Assembly: GCA_963720545.1 (NCBI GenBank)
Contig: OY970399.1
Location: 1,952,001-2,016,000 of the forward strand
DNA: 64,000 nucleotides
DNA from: an uncultured Acidobacteriota bacterium
GTDB lineage: Bacteria > Acidobacteriota > Vicinamibacteria > Fen-336
Reading direction: 5' to 3'
Shown here: one piece after another, positions 19,485-30,422 of the stretch
How positions within the stretch are numbered: the first letter of the stretch is position 1
Layout: each line of letters starts with the position of its first letter
Translations under genes and position numbers: made by a program
Notes under the pieces: model-generated
The model's database searches: none
What the model saw: the letters and a program-made list of their open reading frames with translations, nothing else
What the model was told of the DNA's origin: nothing

Positions 19485-20423
19485 ATGGCCAGGCCCAGTT
19501 TGCGTATCGGCGTCCTGCGCGGACGCGAGAACTCGTTCCCCGACGCCTTCATCGCGAAAGTAAACGCCATGGACCGCGGCGTGCACGCGGAGTACATCCA
19601 GCTGGGTGGCACCAAGATGAACGAGCCGGTGCCCTACCGCGTGGTCCTCGACCGCATGAGCCACGAGGTGCCGTACTACTCCGTGTACCTGAAGATGGCG
19701 GCGCTGCAGGGCACCTACGTCATCAACAACACGTTCTGGCGGGTCGCCGACGACAAGTTCTTCGGCTACGCGGCAGCCGAGAAGCTCGGCATGGCGGTTT
19801 CGAAGACCGTGGTGCTGCCCAACCGCGACTACGTCGACGACGTCACCGCGGAGAGCCTGCGCAACCTCTGGCCCACCGACCTCGCCATGTACCTCGAGTA
19901 CGTCGGCATGCCGTGCTACATGAAGCCGGCGTTCGGCGGCGGCTGGAAGGACGTGACGAAGATCGAGTCGGCGCAGCAGGCGGCCGAGGTCTACTACGCG
20001 TCCGGCTCCAAGACCATGATGCTGCAGGAATACATCAAGTGGGACACGTACATTCGCGTGCCTACCATCGGCCGCAAGCACGTGCGCGCCATCCGCTACG
20101 ATCCTGCGCCTTACGGCATGGGCGGCTACAACCAGGACTACAACATCCTGCCGCGCGCGCTGCGCGACCACGCCGAGGAAATCTCTCTCAAGTACAACAT
20201 CGCGCTCGGCTACGACATGAACGCGCTCGAGTGGGCGGTTCGCGACGGCATCTTCTACGGCATCGACCTCACCAACTACACGCCCGACCTCGACGAGCGC
20301 AGCCTCAAGGCGGCGCACTTCCCCTGGGCGGTCGAAAAGATGGCCGAGTTCGCCGTGGAGAAGGCGCTGTCGGGCGAGCCGACGCCGGACCTGCCAGACT
20401 GGAAGGCGCTGCTGACGCGCTGA
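19485..20423 (+). CDS. ATP-grasp domain protein (RimK/glutathione synthetase-like)
   Basis: DRMSHEVPYY; DDKFF; YMKPAFGGGWKDV; MMLQEYI; LGYDMNALEWAV; GGAGG RBS. Confidence 0.8.
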   Translation: MARPSLRIGVLRGRENSFPDAFIAKVNAMDRGVHAEYIQLGGTKMNEPVPYRVVLDRMSHEVPYYSVYLKMAALQGTYVINNTFWRVADDKFFGYAAAEKLGMAVSKTVVLPNRDYVDDVTAESLRNLWPTDLAMYLEYVGMPCYMKPAFGGGWKDVTKIESAQQAAEVYYASGSKTMMLQEYIKWDTYIRVPTIGRKHVRAIRYDPAPYGMGGYNQDYNILPRALRDHAEEISLKYNIALGYDMNALEWAVRDGIFYGIDLTNYTPDLDERSLKAAHFPWAVEKMAEFAVEKALSGEPTPDLPDWKALLTR

Positions 20424-20454
20424 CAACCGCGCGCCCTGCGCGAGGAGGCGGCCC

Positions 20455-21315
20455 ATGAAGCTCGAGAAGTATCGCGTCAAGCCCGGCGGCTTCAGGCTGC
20501 GCGACCACGACCCCGGCGACACCGGCGGGTTCCATTCGAAGGAAGCCGCGAAAAGGCACGTGCGCGCGTCGGTGAAGACGATGCGCATGCTGCAGGAAAA
20601 GCTCTACGCCGACGACCGCTACGCGCTGCTGCTGATCTTCCAGGCGATGGACGCGGCCGGGAAGGACAGCGCCATCGAGCACGTCATGTCCGGCGTCAAC
20701 CCGCAGGGCTGCCAGGTGTACTCGTTCAAGCAGCCGTCCGCGGAAGATCTCGACCACGACTTCCTGTGGCGCACCAACAAGTGCCTGCCGGAACGCGGGC
20801 GCATCGGCATCTTTAACCGCTCTTATTACGAGGAAGTCCTGGTGGTGCGCGTGCATCCCGAGATCCTCGCGAAGCAGCGGCTGCCGCCGGGCGTCGTCGG
20901 CAAGGACGTCTGGAAGGAGCGCTTTGAAGACATCAGCAGCATGGAGCGCTACCTGACGCGCCAGGGCACGGTGATTCGCAAGTTTTTCCTGCACGTTTCC
21001 CGCAAGCAGCAGCGCCGCCGCTTCCTCGCGCGCCTCGATCGGCCGGAAAAGAACTGGAAGTTCTCTGCCGCCGACCTCAAGGAGCGCGACTTCTGGAAGC
21101 ACTACATGCTGGCGTACGAGAAGATGATCGCAGCCACCAGCAGCAAGCACGCCCCCTGGTACGTGATCCCGGCCGACAACAAGTGGTACACGCGCATGCT
21201 CATCTCGGACATTGTGGTCGATACGCTGAAGGGCATGAAGCTCGGCTTTCCCGAGCTGCCAAAAGCCGACAAGGCGGCGCTCGACGTGGCGCGCAAGGCG
21301 CTCGAATCGGAGTGA
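20455..21315 (+). CDS. ppk2: Polyphosphate kinase 2 family protein
   Basis: FQAMDAAGKDS Walker A; SFKQPS; FNRSYYEEVLVVRVHP; NWKFS; APWYVIPADNKW. Confidence 0.95.
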   Translation: MKLEKYRVKPGGFRLRDHDPGDTGGFHSKEAAKRHVRASVKTMRMLQEKLYADDRYALLLIFQAMDAAGKDSAIEHVMSGVNPQGCQVYSFKQPSAEDLDHDFLWRTNKCLPERGRIGIFNRSYYEEVLVVRVHPEILAKQRLPPGVVGKDVWKERFEDISSMERYLTRQGTVIRKFFLHVSRKQQRRRFLARLDRPEKNWKFSAADLKERDFWKHYMLAYEKMIAATSSKHAPWYVIPADNKWYTRMLISDIVVDTLKGMKLGFPELPKADKAALDVARKALESE

Positions 21316-21316
21316 G

Positions 21317-21895
21317 CTAGTCGAAGAGCGCTGCCACCGGACAGGCGAAGCCAGGCAGGACCGCGGCGTCGGTGAGTATGTCGCCGCTCCCGAAAAATTG
21401 GGGACCGGCGCCTGGATGATGGATCGTCATGGTGCGGTCGGTGCCGGCGAGCCAGACGCTGCGCACGCCGGCCATGAGGTACTCGGCCGTCTTCGCGGCG
21501 ATCTCGTCTTCGGAATTGGACGGTGACACCACCTCGACGACGAGGTCGGGAATGGTTGCGACCTTGAGCAGGCTGCCGGCTTCGTACTCCGCAGGCTGCT
21601 TGGCGGCGCCGATGAAGCTGAGGTCGGGCGAGCGGCCGTGCAAGGGCCCGCGCAGCATGTAGAGGACGTTCGAACCGTAAATCTCGCCCAGCCGGCGCGG
21701 GTGCACGAAGGCGTGCAGCGCGGCGGCCAGCGCGATCACCAGCCGCTCGTGCGGCAGGCCCGCCGGGCTCAAGGCGCGCAGCTCGCCGCGGACGATCTCG
21801 TACTTGCGGCCGTCCCGCGGCAGGCGCTGCAGTTCGGCGTCGGAAATGGCGGGAACCAGGAACAAGGCGGCCTCGCCCGAAGTGTACCCATTCAC
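21317..21895 (-). CDS. Uma2 (DUF820) family endonuclease
   Basis: KYEIVRGEL; SPDLSFI; IPDLVVEVVSPSN; KTAEYLMAGVRSVW; VLPGF. Confidence 0.85.
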   Translation of the reverse strand: MNGYTSGEAALFLVPAISDAELQRLPRDGRKYEIVRGELRALSPAGLPHERLVIALAAALHAFVHPRRLGEIYGSNVLYMLRGPLHGRSPDLSFIGAAKQPAEYEAGSLLKVATIPDLVVEVVSPSNSEDEIAAKTAEYLMAGVRSVWLAGTDRTMTIHHPGAGPQFFGSGDILTDAAVLPGFACPVAALFD

Positions 21896-21900
21896 GGGAG

Positions 21901-22308
21901 CTAGCGCGCCGGGCCGTTGCCCTGGTCCGGCTCCATCGGTGCGCACCTGAAGATCGCCTGGATGAGGCCGTTGTCGACCGCTTCCGGGAGGTGTTTCGGC
22001 TGCACCTTCGCGAGGTCTTCGCAAAGCTGTGCGTCGCAGGCAGCCACCGTCAGCTCCTGCTCCGCGGTCAGCGCCAGCGGACCGGCATCGACGAACCGCG
22101 AAACCGCGCCCACGGCCGACGTGTCGTAGCACGCGTCGTGCGTCTGGCAAGCGGCGTCGGTGGCGTCCATCGGGGCGCCCGAGCCACCCGGGCCGCAATA
22201 GTTGCCGTGTGGGCGGCCAAGCAGCACAATCGCCGCCTTTTCGACCGCTTGTGCGAAGAACGCGCGCCAGCTTGAAACTTGACCCGTATCCGTCGTGGTT
22301 TCACTCAT
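21901..22308 (-). CDS. Phospholipase A2-like protein (sPLA2 Ca-loop and His-Asp motif)
   Basis: [28 protein letters not shown], then ACDAQLC; AGGA upstream of ATG. Confidence 0.75.
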   Translation of the reverse strand: MSETTTDTGQVSSWRAFFAQAVEKAAIVLLGRPHGNYCGPGGSGAPMDATDAACQTHDACYDTSAVGAVSRFVDAGPLALTAEQELTVAACDAQLCEDLAKVQPKHLPEAVDNGLIQAIFRCAPMEPDQGNGPAR

Positions 22309-22440
22309 GCGGTCCTGATTCGCATGCAGCCCGCCAGGAAGGGCGGCTTGACGACTCAGTGACTTGCGGGGCCAGCTCCCGGCGAGCGGCGCAAGTCTGT
22401 GGCTCTCCGCAAGGCGCGGCGCGTCAGTTCTGTCGGGGCG

Positions 22441-23109
22441 TCAGGAAACCACCTGGCCGTCGGCGAGGCGCACGACTCGCTCGGCCCGGCCCATCACCCT
22501 CGGGTCGTGGGTCGAGAAGATGAAGGTGGTGTTGGCCTTGCGGTTGAGGTCGAGCATCAGCGCGATGATCGCTTCGCCGGTGGCCGAGTCGAGGTTCGCG
22601 GTGGGCTCGTCGGCAAGCACCAGCAGCGGCCGCGTCACGAGCGCGCGAGCGATGGCCACGCGCTGGCGTTCGCCGCCCGACAGCTCGTCGGGACGGTGGC
22701 GGGCCAGGTCGCCGAGCCCGACTTCGGCGAGCGCCTGGCTTGCCCGCGCCCGCGCGTCGCGCGTGGCGCCGCCGAACAGCAGCGGAAACTCGACGTTCTC
22801 GAGCGCCGTGAGCACCGGGATCAGGTTGAAGGTCTGGAAGATGAAGCCGATGCTGCGCGCGCGCAGGTCGGAGAGCGCGTTGTCGTCGAGGCTCGCCACA
22901 TCCTTGTCGGCGACCAGCACGCGGCCGCTGCTTGGGTGGTCGAGGCAGCCGATGAGGTTGAGGAGCGTCGACTTGCCCGAGCCCGACGGACCGGCGATCG
23001 CCATGAACTCGCCCGGCTCCACCGCGAGCGACACGCCGCGCAGCGCCGCGACCGTGGTGCGGCCCAGGTCGTAAGTCTTGGTCACGTCGATGACGCGCAC
23101 CGAGCTCAC
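22441..23109 (-). CDS. ABC transporter ATP-binding protein (LolD/MacB-type)
   Basis: GPSGSGKST; LSGGERQRVAIARAL; ADEPTANLD; STHD. Confidence 0.95.
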   Translation of the reverse strand: MSSVRVIDVTKTYDLGRTTVAALRGVSLAVEPGEFMAIAGPSGSGKSTLLNLIGCLDHPSSGRVLVADKDVASLDDNALSDLRARSIGFIFQTFNLIPVLTALENVEFPLLFGGATRDARARASQALAEVGLGDLARHRPDELSGGERQRVAIARALVTRPLLVLADEPTANLDSATGEAIIALMLDLNRKANTTFIFSTHDPRVMGRAERVVRLADGQVVS

Positions 23110-23113
23110 GTTC

Positions 23114-24331
23114 TCAGAAGCTCCAGGTCAGGCGGCTTTGCAGCGCGCCGCGCACCGGCGCCAGCCGGTATTCGCTGCTTTGCGGGCCGAGGAGCACGAT
23201 GCCATCGACGCCGATTGTGACACTCCCGGAGGGTGCGAACGAAACCCCGGGAGTGAGCGCTAGGCCGCCGTCGTCGATGCCGAGCACGGCGCGCAGGTTC
23301 GCGGTAAAGCGCTCGGCGATGTGCGCGCGCGACCAGCCGGCGTGCAGGTAGTTGCGGCGCAGGCCGAGGCCGCCGGAGTACGGCAGCGACGCGCCGGCAA
23401 GGTAGGCGGCGCGCGCCTGCTCGCGCACCGCCTGCGGCAGGGCCGGGTTCGCGGCGGTCGCGAAGCTGTTCGCAAGTGCCGCGCGATAAGCCGCCGCGGT
23501 GGAGTCGCCGTAGCCCTCGCCGTTGTAGAAGTATTCGAAGGAAAGCGCTGTCTCGCCCGAGGTGCGCAGCGCGCCAGCGGCGATGCGGAAGAAGTGCCGG
23601 TCGTCGCGCCGCGGCAGGAGTTCGGCACCGCGATAGAACGACGCTTCCGCGTGCGCGGCCCACAGCCCGCCGAGGCCGCGGGTCACGTCGAGCCCGGCGA
23701 GCGTGCGCAGGTTGCGGCCGCCGGACAGGATGACGGCGACATCGGTCGCACCAAAGAGGCGGCGCAGCCGCGCGGCGAGCGCGCGACGTTCGATGCGCGG
23801 CGCGTCGAACGGCAGGTCGCCCGGCTCGGTGCGGCCGCGCGACGCCACCAGGATGAGGCCGGTCTTGCTGTTTGGCACCACGTCGGCGCGCACCGCCCAG
23901 GCCCCTTGCTGTTCGAGGCCGGCGTTCAGCGGATTCTTCGGCGGCTCGATGCGGCTCGTCGGGTTCCAGGCAAACCCCGAGCCCCAGGCGATCCGCTGCT
24001 TGCCGACGCGCATGCCGAGCACCGAGCCCCACCAGTTCTGCGCATACGCCTGGCGGATCTTCACTTTGGCGTCGCCGCCGATGCGCTTCTCGACATAACC
24101 GCGGCCGACGAAGCGGGCGCTGCGCCACGACTGGCGCACGCCAGCCGTCAGCCGCAGCAGGTCTTCGGGATCGCGCAGCCCAAGCACGTTGTCGCGATTG
24201 AGCAGCGTTTCGACCGTCGGGTAGAGAAAGTTCTCGAAACCCAGTTCGGCAGCGGGCGCCGCCGCACGAGCGAGGCCGGGGGCGGATACGACCAGCAGCG
24301 CGGCGAGGACAACCGCGGCGTTGCTCCTCAC
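23114..24331 (-). CDS. Hypothetical outer-membrane beta-barrel protein
   Basis: Signal peptide; RVGKQRIAWGSGFAWNP; alternating beta strands; C-terminal LTWSF. Confidence 0.7.
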   Translation of the reverse strand: MRSNAAVVLAALLVVSAPGLARAAAPAAELGFENFLYPTVETLLNRDNVLGLRDPEDLLRLTAGVRQSWRSARFVGRGYVEKRIGGDAKVKIRQAYAQNWWGSVLGMRVGKQRIAWGSGFAWNPTSRIEPPKNPLNAGLEQQGAWAVRADVVPNSKTGLILVASRGRTEPGDLPFDAPRIERRALAARLRRLFGATDVAVILSGGRNLRTLAGLDVTRGLGGLWAAHAEASFYRGAELLPRRDDRHFFRIAAGALRTSGETALSFEYFYNGEGYGDSTAAAYRAALANSFATAANPALPQAVREQARAAYLAGASLPYSGGLGLRRNYLHAGWSRAHIAERFTANLRAVLGIDDGGLALTPGVSFAPSGSVTIGVDGIVLLGPQSSEYRLAPVRGALQSRLTWSF

Positions 24332-25047
24332 TCCCCCCGCTCCAGCGCGCTCGGCGTGAACATACGGTCGTCAAGGCGCGGCGCGTCGTCGATGGTGAGG
24401 AACAGCAAGACGGTGGCAGCGCCGGGCTCGACGGCGTTCTCCATCACCAGGCGCGTCGGCCGCACGCGCGTGCCCAGCCGCTGCGGCTCGGCAAGCGTGA
24501 GCCACTTGAGTTTCTTGCCGGCGATCGTGAAGTACTCGGTGCGCACCGGGAAGAAAGTACCGTCGGTGCGGACCCACAAGACCACGCGGTCGTAGGCGAT
24601 CTTGCGGTCCTTCGCCTTCAGTTCCAGCTTGTAGCACGCGAAGCCGCCCTGCTCTTCCTCGCCGACCAGGGCCGGCACGTAGTCGTTGATGAGCGACAGG
24701 CGGAAGATGTCGGCGTTGCTGAAGTCGCCGCCGCCGAAGTTCTGCCGCGCGCCGACGCGCACCACCTTCTCGCCGGAAGGTATGTAGAGCCAGGTGTTGT
24801 CGGCGTCGCGCAAATAGGCGGTGCCGCGTTCCTTGGGCGGCGCGGTGTAGCGGACCAGGCCCTTGTCGTCGCCCTTCTTCCAGCCGTTCAGCTCGACGAC
24901 GCGCTGCGGCTTCCCGGGCCGCTCGACAGTCATGCGAAAGGTGTAGGCCGCGTTCTCGCCGAGCACCGCGCGGTCGGAGCGGCGCACGATCTCGCTGGCA
25001 GAGGGCGCCGGCACAGCCAGGAACAGCGCGAGCAGCATCTCAAACAT
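24328..25047 (-). CDS. Outer membrane lipoprotein-sorting protein (LolA-like)
   Basis: [16 protein letters not shown]...WLYIP...[10 protein letters not shown]; context in a Lol-like ABC operon. Confidence 0.8.
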   Translation of the reverse strand: MFEMLLALFLAVPAPSASEIVRRSDRAVLGENAAYTFRMTVERPGKPQRVVELNGWKKGDDKGLVRYTAPPKERGTAYLRDADNTWLYIPSGEKVVRVGARQNFGGGDFSNADIFRLSLINDYVPALVGEEEQGGFACYKLELKAKDRKIAYDRVVLWVRTDGTFFPVRTEYFTIAGKKLKWLTLAEPQRLGTRVRPTRLVMENAVEPGAATVLLFLTIDDAPRLDDRMFTPSALERGE

Positions 25048-26305
25048 GGTGCAGCGCCTCGCGCGGTTCGAGCCGGCTCGCGGCATAAGCCGGATAGAGC
25101 GCCGCCAGCGACGACAACACAATGATGATGGCGGCCGCCGCCAGCACGCTGCCGGCTCGCAGCAGCGGATAGAGGCTGTCGCCGCCGGCCATCCAGGCGA
25201 GCGTCATCGTGTTCATGCGAATGCCGGTGGCGCCGTAGTACAGCACGAAGGCGCCGCCGGCCAGCACCCCGAGGACGGCCGCGACGATGCCGAGCGCGGC
25301 GCCCTCGAGGACGAACAGCCGGATGACGGCGCCGCGGCGCATGCCGAGGGCGCGAATGGTGCCGATCTCACGGGTGCGCTCGTGGACGCTCGCCAGCATC
25401 GCGTTCACCACGCCAACCGCCGCCGCCAGGAACAGGAACGTCGAGAGCACGTTGATCGCCGACTGGTTCGCCTCGATGATCGCGAACGAGAACCGGCCCG
25501 CCTGCTCCACGGTCTCGGCACGCAGCGCCTGGCCCGCGAGAGGCGGCGGCGCCGAGGCGACCAGCGATTGCACCAGGCCGCGCACCCGCGCGCGGCTCGC
25601 GCGCGACTGCGAGCGCAGCAGGATCTTGACGTTGGTGGCGGCGCCGGCCTTGTCCACCAGCGACTGGGCCGCGCCGAGCGAAACATACGCGGTGCTGTCG
25701 TACCAGGGCGCGCCCTTGTCGAAGATGCCGCACACCGTGACGTCGAGCGAGTTGACGGCGCCCTGCGCGGTCTGCACCACGAACGAGACGCTGTCGCCCA
25801 CCGACAGGCGCAGCTTGCGCGCCAGCGGCTGCGCGACATAAGCCTGGTCGTCGCCTTTGCCGAGAAAAACGCCGGCCGCGGGCGCCTGTGTACGCCGCAG
25901 TTCGTCTTCGCGCTGCGCGTCGATGCCGACGACCACCACCGGGCTCGAGCGGTTGCCGGAGACCACGGTGCCGCGCACCGCGAGATACGGCGTCGCCTTC
26001 ACGACACCGAGGGACGCGCCCGCGCTTTCGACCCGCGCGGCGAGCGCAGCACCGTCGGCGAACGCGGTTTCGCCGTAGGCGTCGAACGGGCTGTTCTGCG
26101 GCTCGAAATCGAGCGGCCGCGCCACCACCTGGACGTCGCCGGTCTGCACGGCGACGAGGGTTGCGGTCTGCTGCGCCGCAATGCCGTCCGCGAGGCCCTG
26201 CGCGGCGACCAGCGCGGCACAGCCGATGAGCATGGTGGCCGCGGCCAGGGCGCTGCGGCGCCGCGCACGCAGCAGGTTGCGAAAGGCCAGGCGCAGGAGG
26301 GCCAA
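25040..26305 (-). CDS. ABC transporter permease (FtsX/LolCE family)
   Basis: [42 protein letters not shown]. Confidence 0.9.
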   Translation of the reverse strand: MALLRLAFRNLLRARRRSALAAATMLIGCAALVAAQGLADGIAAQQTATLVAVQTGDVQVVARPLDFEPQNSPFDAYGETAFADGAALAARVESAGASLGVVKATPYLAVRGTVVSGNRSSPVVVVGIDAQREDELRRTQAPAAGVFLGKGDDQAYVAQPLARKLRLSVGDSVSFVVQTAQGAVNSLDVTVCGIFDKGAPWYDSTAYVSLGAAQSLVDKAGAATNVKILLRSQSRASRARVRGLVQSLVASAPPPLAGQALRAETVEQAGRFSFAIIEANQSAINVLSTFLFLAAAVGVVNAMLASVHERTREIGTIRALGMRRGAVIRLFVLEGAALGIVAAVLGVLAGGAFVLYYGATGIRMNTMTLAWMAGGDSLYPLLRAGSVLAAAAIIIVLSSLAALYPAYAASRLEPREALHHV

Positions 26306-26308
26306 GAG

Positions 26309-27583
26309 CTAGACTGCCCGCAGCGCGTCGGCTGGGCGCAGGCGCGCGGCGATGAGCGCAGGGCCGACGGCAGCGATCACGCACACCACCAGCATCAGCG
26401 ACGGGATGGTCGCAAGTTCGTGCCATGCGATGCGCGGGTACAGGTAGTCGCCTCCGTACGAGTAGCGCTGCGCTTCGCTGAACGCGGGGATGCCGACCTT
26501 GCCAAAGAAGAGGATGGCGCCCGCCCCGAAGGCCGTGCCGAGCACCGCACCGAGCACGCCGAGCACCACCGCCTCGAGGAGGAACAGCAGGCTGACCTGC
26601 GAGCGGCGCGCGCCGGTGGCGCGGATGGTGCCGATCTCCCGGGTGCGCTCGAACACTGCCATCAGCGCGGTGTTGGTGACTCCCGCGGCGACGATCAGCG
26701 CCATCAGCACGTTGGTGATCGAGGCGATGAAACGCGTGAGGGTGACGCCGCCGATGAACGGCCCGCCCATCTCTTCCCACGTGTAGGCGTGCGCATTCGT
26801 GCCCGCCGCATCGAAACGCGTGTTGAGCGAACGGGCAATGGCAGCCGAGTCGCCACCAGGGTCCCTCTGCCGCAGCACCAGCAGGCCGGCCTGGTCGTCG
26901 ACATCAAGGAGGCGCCGCACCGCGTCGATGTCGGCGTAGCAAGCACCCCATTCGTAGGCCTCGAGCCCCTTGACCGTCCAGATGCCGGTGACCACCAGCC
27001 GCACCGCGGTGAGCCGGCCGTCCGCGGCGTTGCCAAGCGCCGTGAGCGTGTCGCCGACACTCGCGCCGAGCTTTTTCGCGACGCCGCGGTTCAGCAACAC
27101 CCCGTAGCGGTTTGCACCGAACTCCCCGGCCGCGAAGAAATTCCCGGAGCGCAGCTCGATCGCAGGATAGACGGCGGCGCGCGCGCGCGGGTCGATGCCG
27201 ATGAGGACGCCGTCCATCGAGCTTTCGCCCTTCGAGAGGAGCGCGCCGATCATGAGGCGCGACAGGCCAGCCGCAAGGCGCGGCTCCGCCGCGACGACCT
27301 GCGCGATCATTGCCTCCGGATGCTGCAGCAGCCGATAGTTGTTCTGCGGCATCAGGAACGAGACCTTGCCGCCCTCGTCGGCGGCCGCGTCCCGGGCGTA
27401 GACCTGCACGTGGCCGAGGGTCGCGTTCTTCGCCGGTTCCACCACGCCGCGCTCCATCGCCGCGGTCCAGGCACGGCCGAGGATCATCAGGCCGATGCCG
27501 AGCGCCAGCGCCGACACCGTGAGCAGTGTGCGCCGCTTGTGGCGGGTGAGGTTGCGGCCGGCAAGGGTGAGGAAGAGGGGCAC
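26309..27583 (-). CDS. ABC transporter permease (FtsX/LolCE family)
   Basis: [37 protein letters not shown]. Confidence 0.9.
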   Translation of the reverse strand: MPLFLTLAGRNLTRHKRRTLLTVSALALGIGLMILGRAWTAAMERGVVEPAKNATLGHVQVYARDAAADEGGKVSFLMPQNNYRLLQHPEAMIAQVVAAEPRLAAGLSRLMIGALLSKGESSMDGVLIGIDPRARAAVYPAIELRSGNFFAAGEFGANRYGVLLNRGVAKKLGASVGDTLTALGNAADGRLTAVRLVVTGIWTVKGLEAYEWGACYADIDAVRRLLDVDDQAGLLVLRQRDPGGDSAAIARSLNTRFDAAGTNAHAYTWEEMGGPFIGGVTLTRFIASITNVLMALIVAAGVTNTALMAVFERTREIGTIRATGARRSQVSLLFLLEAVVLGVLGAVLGTAFGAGAILFFGKVGIPAFSEAQRYSYGGDYLYPRIAWHELATIPSLMLVVCVIAAVGPALIAARLRPADALRAV

Positions 27584-27646
27584 TGCGGACGATGGTATCG
27601 GGAAAGCTGCCGCGGCGCGCATTGTATACTCGCTCTACCGTCGCTG

Positions 27647-28654
27647 ATGACCACCAAAATCCGCGCGCGCATCACCGCTCTGGGCCTGTACGTGCCGCCG
27701 AAGGTGATGTCGAACGACGATCTCGCGAAATTCGTGGACACCAACGACGAGTGGATTCGTACGCGCACCGGCATCGTCACCCGCCACTACGCCGAGCCGG
27801 GCGTGCCCACCAGCGAACTCGCGTACCAGGCCGCGCGCGACGCGCTCGAGCGCCGTGGCATCGCCGCCACCGAGCTCGACCTCATCATCGTGGCGACGGT
27901 GACGCCCGACATGATGTTTCCGGCCACCGCCTGCATCGTGCAGGACCGGCTGGGTGCGACGCGCGCCTGGGCATTCGACATCGAGGCGGCCTGTTCCGGC
28001 TTCACCTACGCGCTCACCATGGGCGCGCAGTTCATCGAGAGCGGCGCGCACCGCAAGGTGCTGGTGATCGGCGCCGACGTGATGACCTCGATCCTCGACT
28101 GGAAAGACCGCGCCACCTGCGTGCTGTTCGGCGACGGCGCCGGCGCCGTGCTGCTGGAGCCGTCCGACGACGAGACCGGCATCCTCGGGTTCCACCACGA
28201 GGTGGACGGCAGCGGCCGCAAGTTCCTCTACATGCTGGGCGGGGGCAGCCTCAACCCGACGACGCCCGAGACCGTGGCCGCCGGCATGCACTACATCCGC
28301 CAGGAAGGCCAGCACGTCTTCAAGTTCGCGGTGCGCAAGATGGCCGAGGCGTCGGTGCACCTCATCGAGAAGTACGGCGTCAAGCCCGAAGAGGTGGACC
28401 TGTTCGTCGCGCACCAGGCAAACGTGCGCATCATCGACGCCGCGCAGCAGCGTCTCGGGCTGCCCGACTCGAAGGTGGTGAAGAACATCGATCGCTACGG
28501 CAACACCACCGCGGCGACCATTCCGCTGGCGCTCGGCACGGCGCTCGACGACGGCCGCCTGAAGCCGGGCAGCCTGGTGGTGATGACATCCGTCGGCGCC
28601 GGCTTCACCGTGGGCAGCGTGCTGGTGCGCTGGGCTTCGGTTCCCTGGAATTGA
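27647..28654 (+). CDS. fabH: Beta-ketoacyl-ACP synthase III
   Basis: [44 protein letters not shown]. Confidence 0.95.
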   Translation: MTTKIRARITALGLYVPPKVMSNDDLAKFVDTNDEWIRTRTGIVTRHYAEPGVPTSELAYQAARDALERRGIAATELDLIIVATVTPDMMFPATACIVQDRLGATRAWAFDIEAACSGFTYALTMGAQFIESGAHRKVLVIGADVMTSILDWKDRATCVLFGDGAGAVLLEPSDDETGILGFHHEVDGSGRKFLYMLGGGSLNPTTPETVAAGMHYIRQEGQHVFKFAVRKMAEASVHLIEKYGVKPEEVDLFVAHQANVRIIDAAQQRLGLPDSKVVKNIDRYGNTTAATIPLALGTALDDGRLKPGSLVVMTSVGAGFTVGSVLVRWASVPWN

Positions 28655-29634
28655 GCAAGGAGCGAAGCTCGGACAAGCAGAAGCGCAAGGGCGTCCGTGC
28701 CGGCCGGCTCTTGTTCCTGCTGGCAGCCTGCGCGTTCGCGGTCTGGGTCACGCGCGGCGAAGCGCCGCCGACGCGCATCGGCGCGTGGCTCGACGCGCAG
28801 CGCCTCACGCCGCGCTATGAAACCGTCGGCGGCCTGAAGATTCGCTACGTGCGCACCGGCCAGGGGCCAACGCTGGTGCTGCTCCACGGGATCGCGTCGT
28901 CGATCTACTCCTGGAAGGAAATCCTGCCGCTCCTGAGCCGCGGCCACGACGTGATCGCGCTCGACTTCCCCGGCTTCGGCGACTCCGACTTCGAGACGAA
29001 CCCGTCGTGGGAAAGCATGCCGCCGCTCGTGACCGGCCTGATGGATCGCCTCGGTGTGGCCAGGGCAACGCTCGTTGGCAGCAGCATGGGCGGCGCCGTC
29101 GCGGTGCTGGCCGCGGCGGCGACACCGCAGCGGCTCGACAAGCTGGTGCTGATCGACTCGGCCGGCTTCAACCTCTCGCCCGCAGACCGGCCAGCAGTGC
29201 TGCGCCTGGTGAACACCGGGCTTGCTCCTCTCCTCGAGCGGCTGCCGCTGCGGCGGCCGCTCACCCGCCTCGCGCTGCTGCAGATCTTCCACGACGACTC
29301 GCTCGTAACCGCCGAGCGCCTCGACGAATACGTCGCGCCGATGATGCGCCCGGGCGCAGTCGAAAACCTGCAGGCGCTGCTCGCTTCGGCCAACCCCGAC
29401 CTGGCGCAGCGTTTCGAAAATGCCGCCCGAAGCGTGAACGTTCCTGCACTCGTCCTCTGGGGTGATGACGACAAGTGGGTCTCACCGCGCGACGCCGACC
29501 TCTTCACCGCCGCCATCCCCGACTCGCGCAAGCAGGTGATTCCCGCCTGCGGCCACCTCCCGGCCGAAGAAAAGCCCGCCGCAACCGCGGCCGCCATCGA
29601 GACGTTCATGTCGGAAGGAGCAGCGCACCAGTAA
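28651..29634 (+). CDS. Membrane-anchored alpha/beta hydrolase
   Basis: TM near N-terminus; LLHGI; DFPGFG; GSSMGG; WGDDD; CGH; TTGA overlap with fabH (start uncertain). Confidence 0.85.
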   Translation: MSKERSSDKQKRKGVRAGRLLFLLAACAFAVWVTRGEAPPTRIGAWLDAQRLTPRYETVGGLKIRYVRTGQGPTLVLLHGIASSIYSWKEILPLLSRGHDVIALDFPGFGDSDFETNPSWESMPPLVTGLMDRLGVARATLVGSSMGGAVAVLAAAATPQRLDKLVLIDSAGFNLSPADRPAVLRLVNTGLAPLLERLPLRRPLTRLALLQIFHDDSLVTAERLDEYVAPMMRPGAVENLQALLASANPDLAQRFENAARSVNVPALVLWGDDDKWVSPRDADLFTAAIPDSRKQVIPACGHLPAEEKPAATAAAIETFMSEGAAHQ

Positions 29635-29704
29635 TCGTCGGCTCTCCACGTCCGGAGACCGCCGATAGCAAAGAAGGTTGCCGGGTTTGTCCGTCCATGA
29701 GTGG

Positions 29705-30422
29705 ATGGGCCCACGCAAGCTACTGTTGGCCGCAAGCGCTTCCACGGCATTCACGGTGGCGGGCGCCGCCCGGCTTGCGGTCCCGCAAAGCGAGCACGCA
29801 GTTCGCCCGGGACTGGAAGCTTCGTTCGCGACCTTCAGGGGATGCTCGGCCACTCTCGTGGGACCGCGCGCGCTGTTGACGGCGGCTCACTGCGTTCAAG
29901 TGGGCTACCGGACCACGGTCCAGATGGGGTGCAAACAGTACTCAGGAGAGTGCAAAACGCCGCAGTCCTATCCGGGATCGGGTGCTGCTCACGACATTGC
30001 GCTTTGCAACATTGGCGAGAACCCCTGGCCGTACCTCGACACGATTTCCGTAACGGACCCGGTTCGGGAACACGACCGCGTGCTCCTGACGGGGTATGGA
30101 GGCCGGGCTGGTGTGGCCCTCGTCGCCGAAGTCACCACTGAGCTCAGCATCGACCGCCGGCGGTGCGTGGCTCGAACCTGGCGACAGCGGCGGCGCTGCC
30201 TACGTTCGCGGAGCGGACGGGTGGAGCGCAGTGGTCGCGGTCAACTCACATGTCGCCGGCCAACGATCGTACCTTGCAAATCTGGCGGCCGACCGCGAGT
30301 TCATCGAAGGATGGGCGGCCGACAATGGCGGAGTTTGCGGCGTGTCGAGCCCGGTTCCGGACAAATGCCTCACGGGACGAAGAAACCTGGCTGACGTCAT
30401 TTGCCGAAGGAGTGCCGAATGA
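29705..30422 (+). pseudogene. Exported trypsin-like (S1) serine protease with a +1 frameshift near 30153
   Basis: CSATLVGPRALLTAAHC and HDIALC in ORF 29678; PGDSGG in ORF 30096. The stop of the second frame overlaps the next ATG (ATGA 30419-30422). May be an assembly error. Confidence 0.75.

Noticed and set aside
25046..27646. Apparent 867-aa N-terminal extension of FabH
   Set aside because: Antisense to two ABC permeases; FabH homology starts at ATG 27647, after a TATACT box
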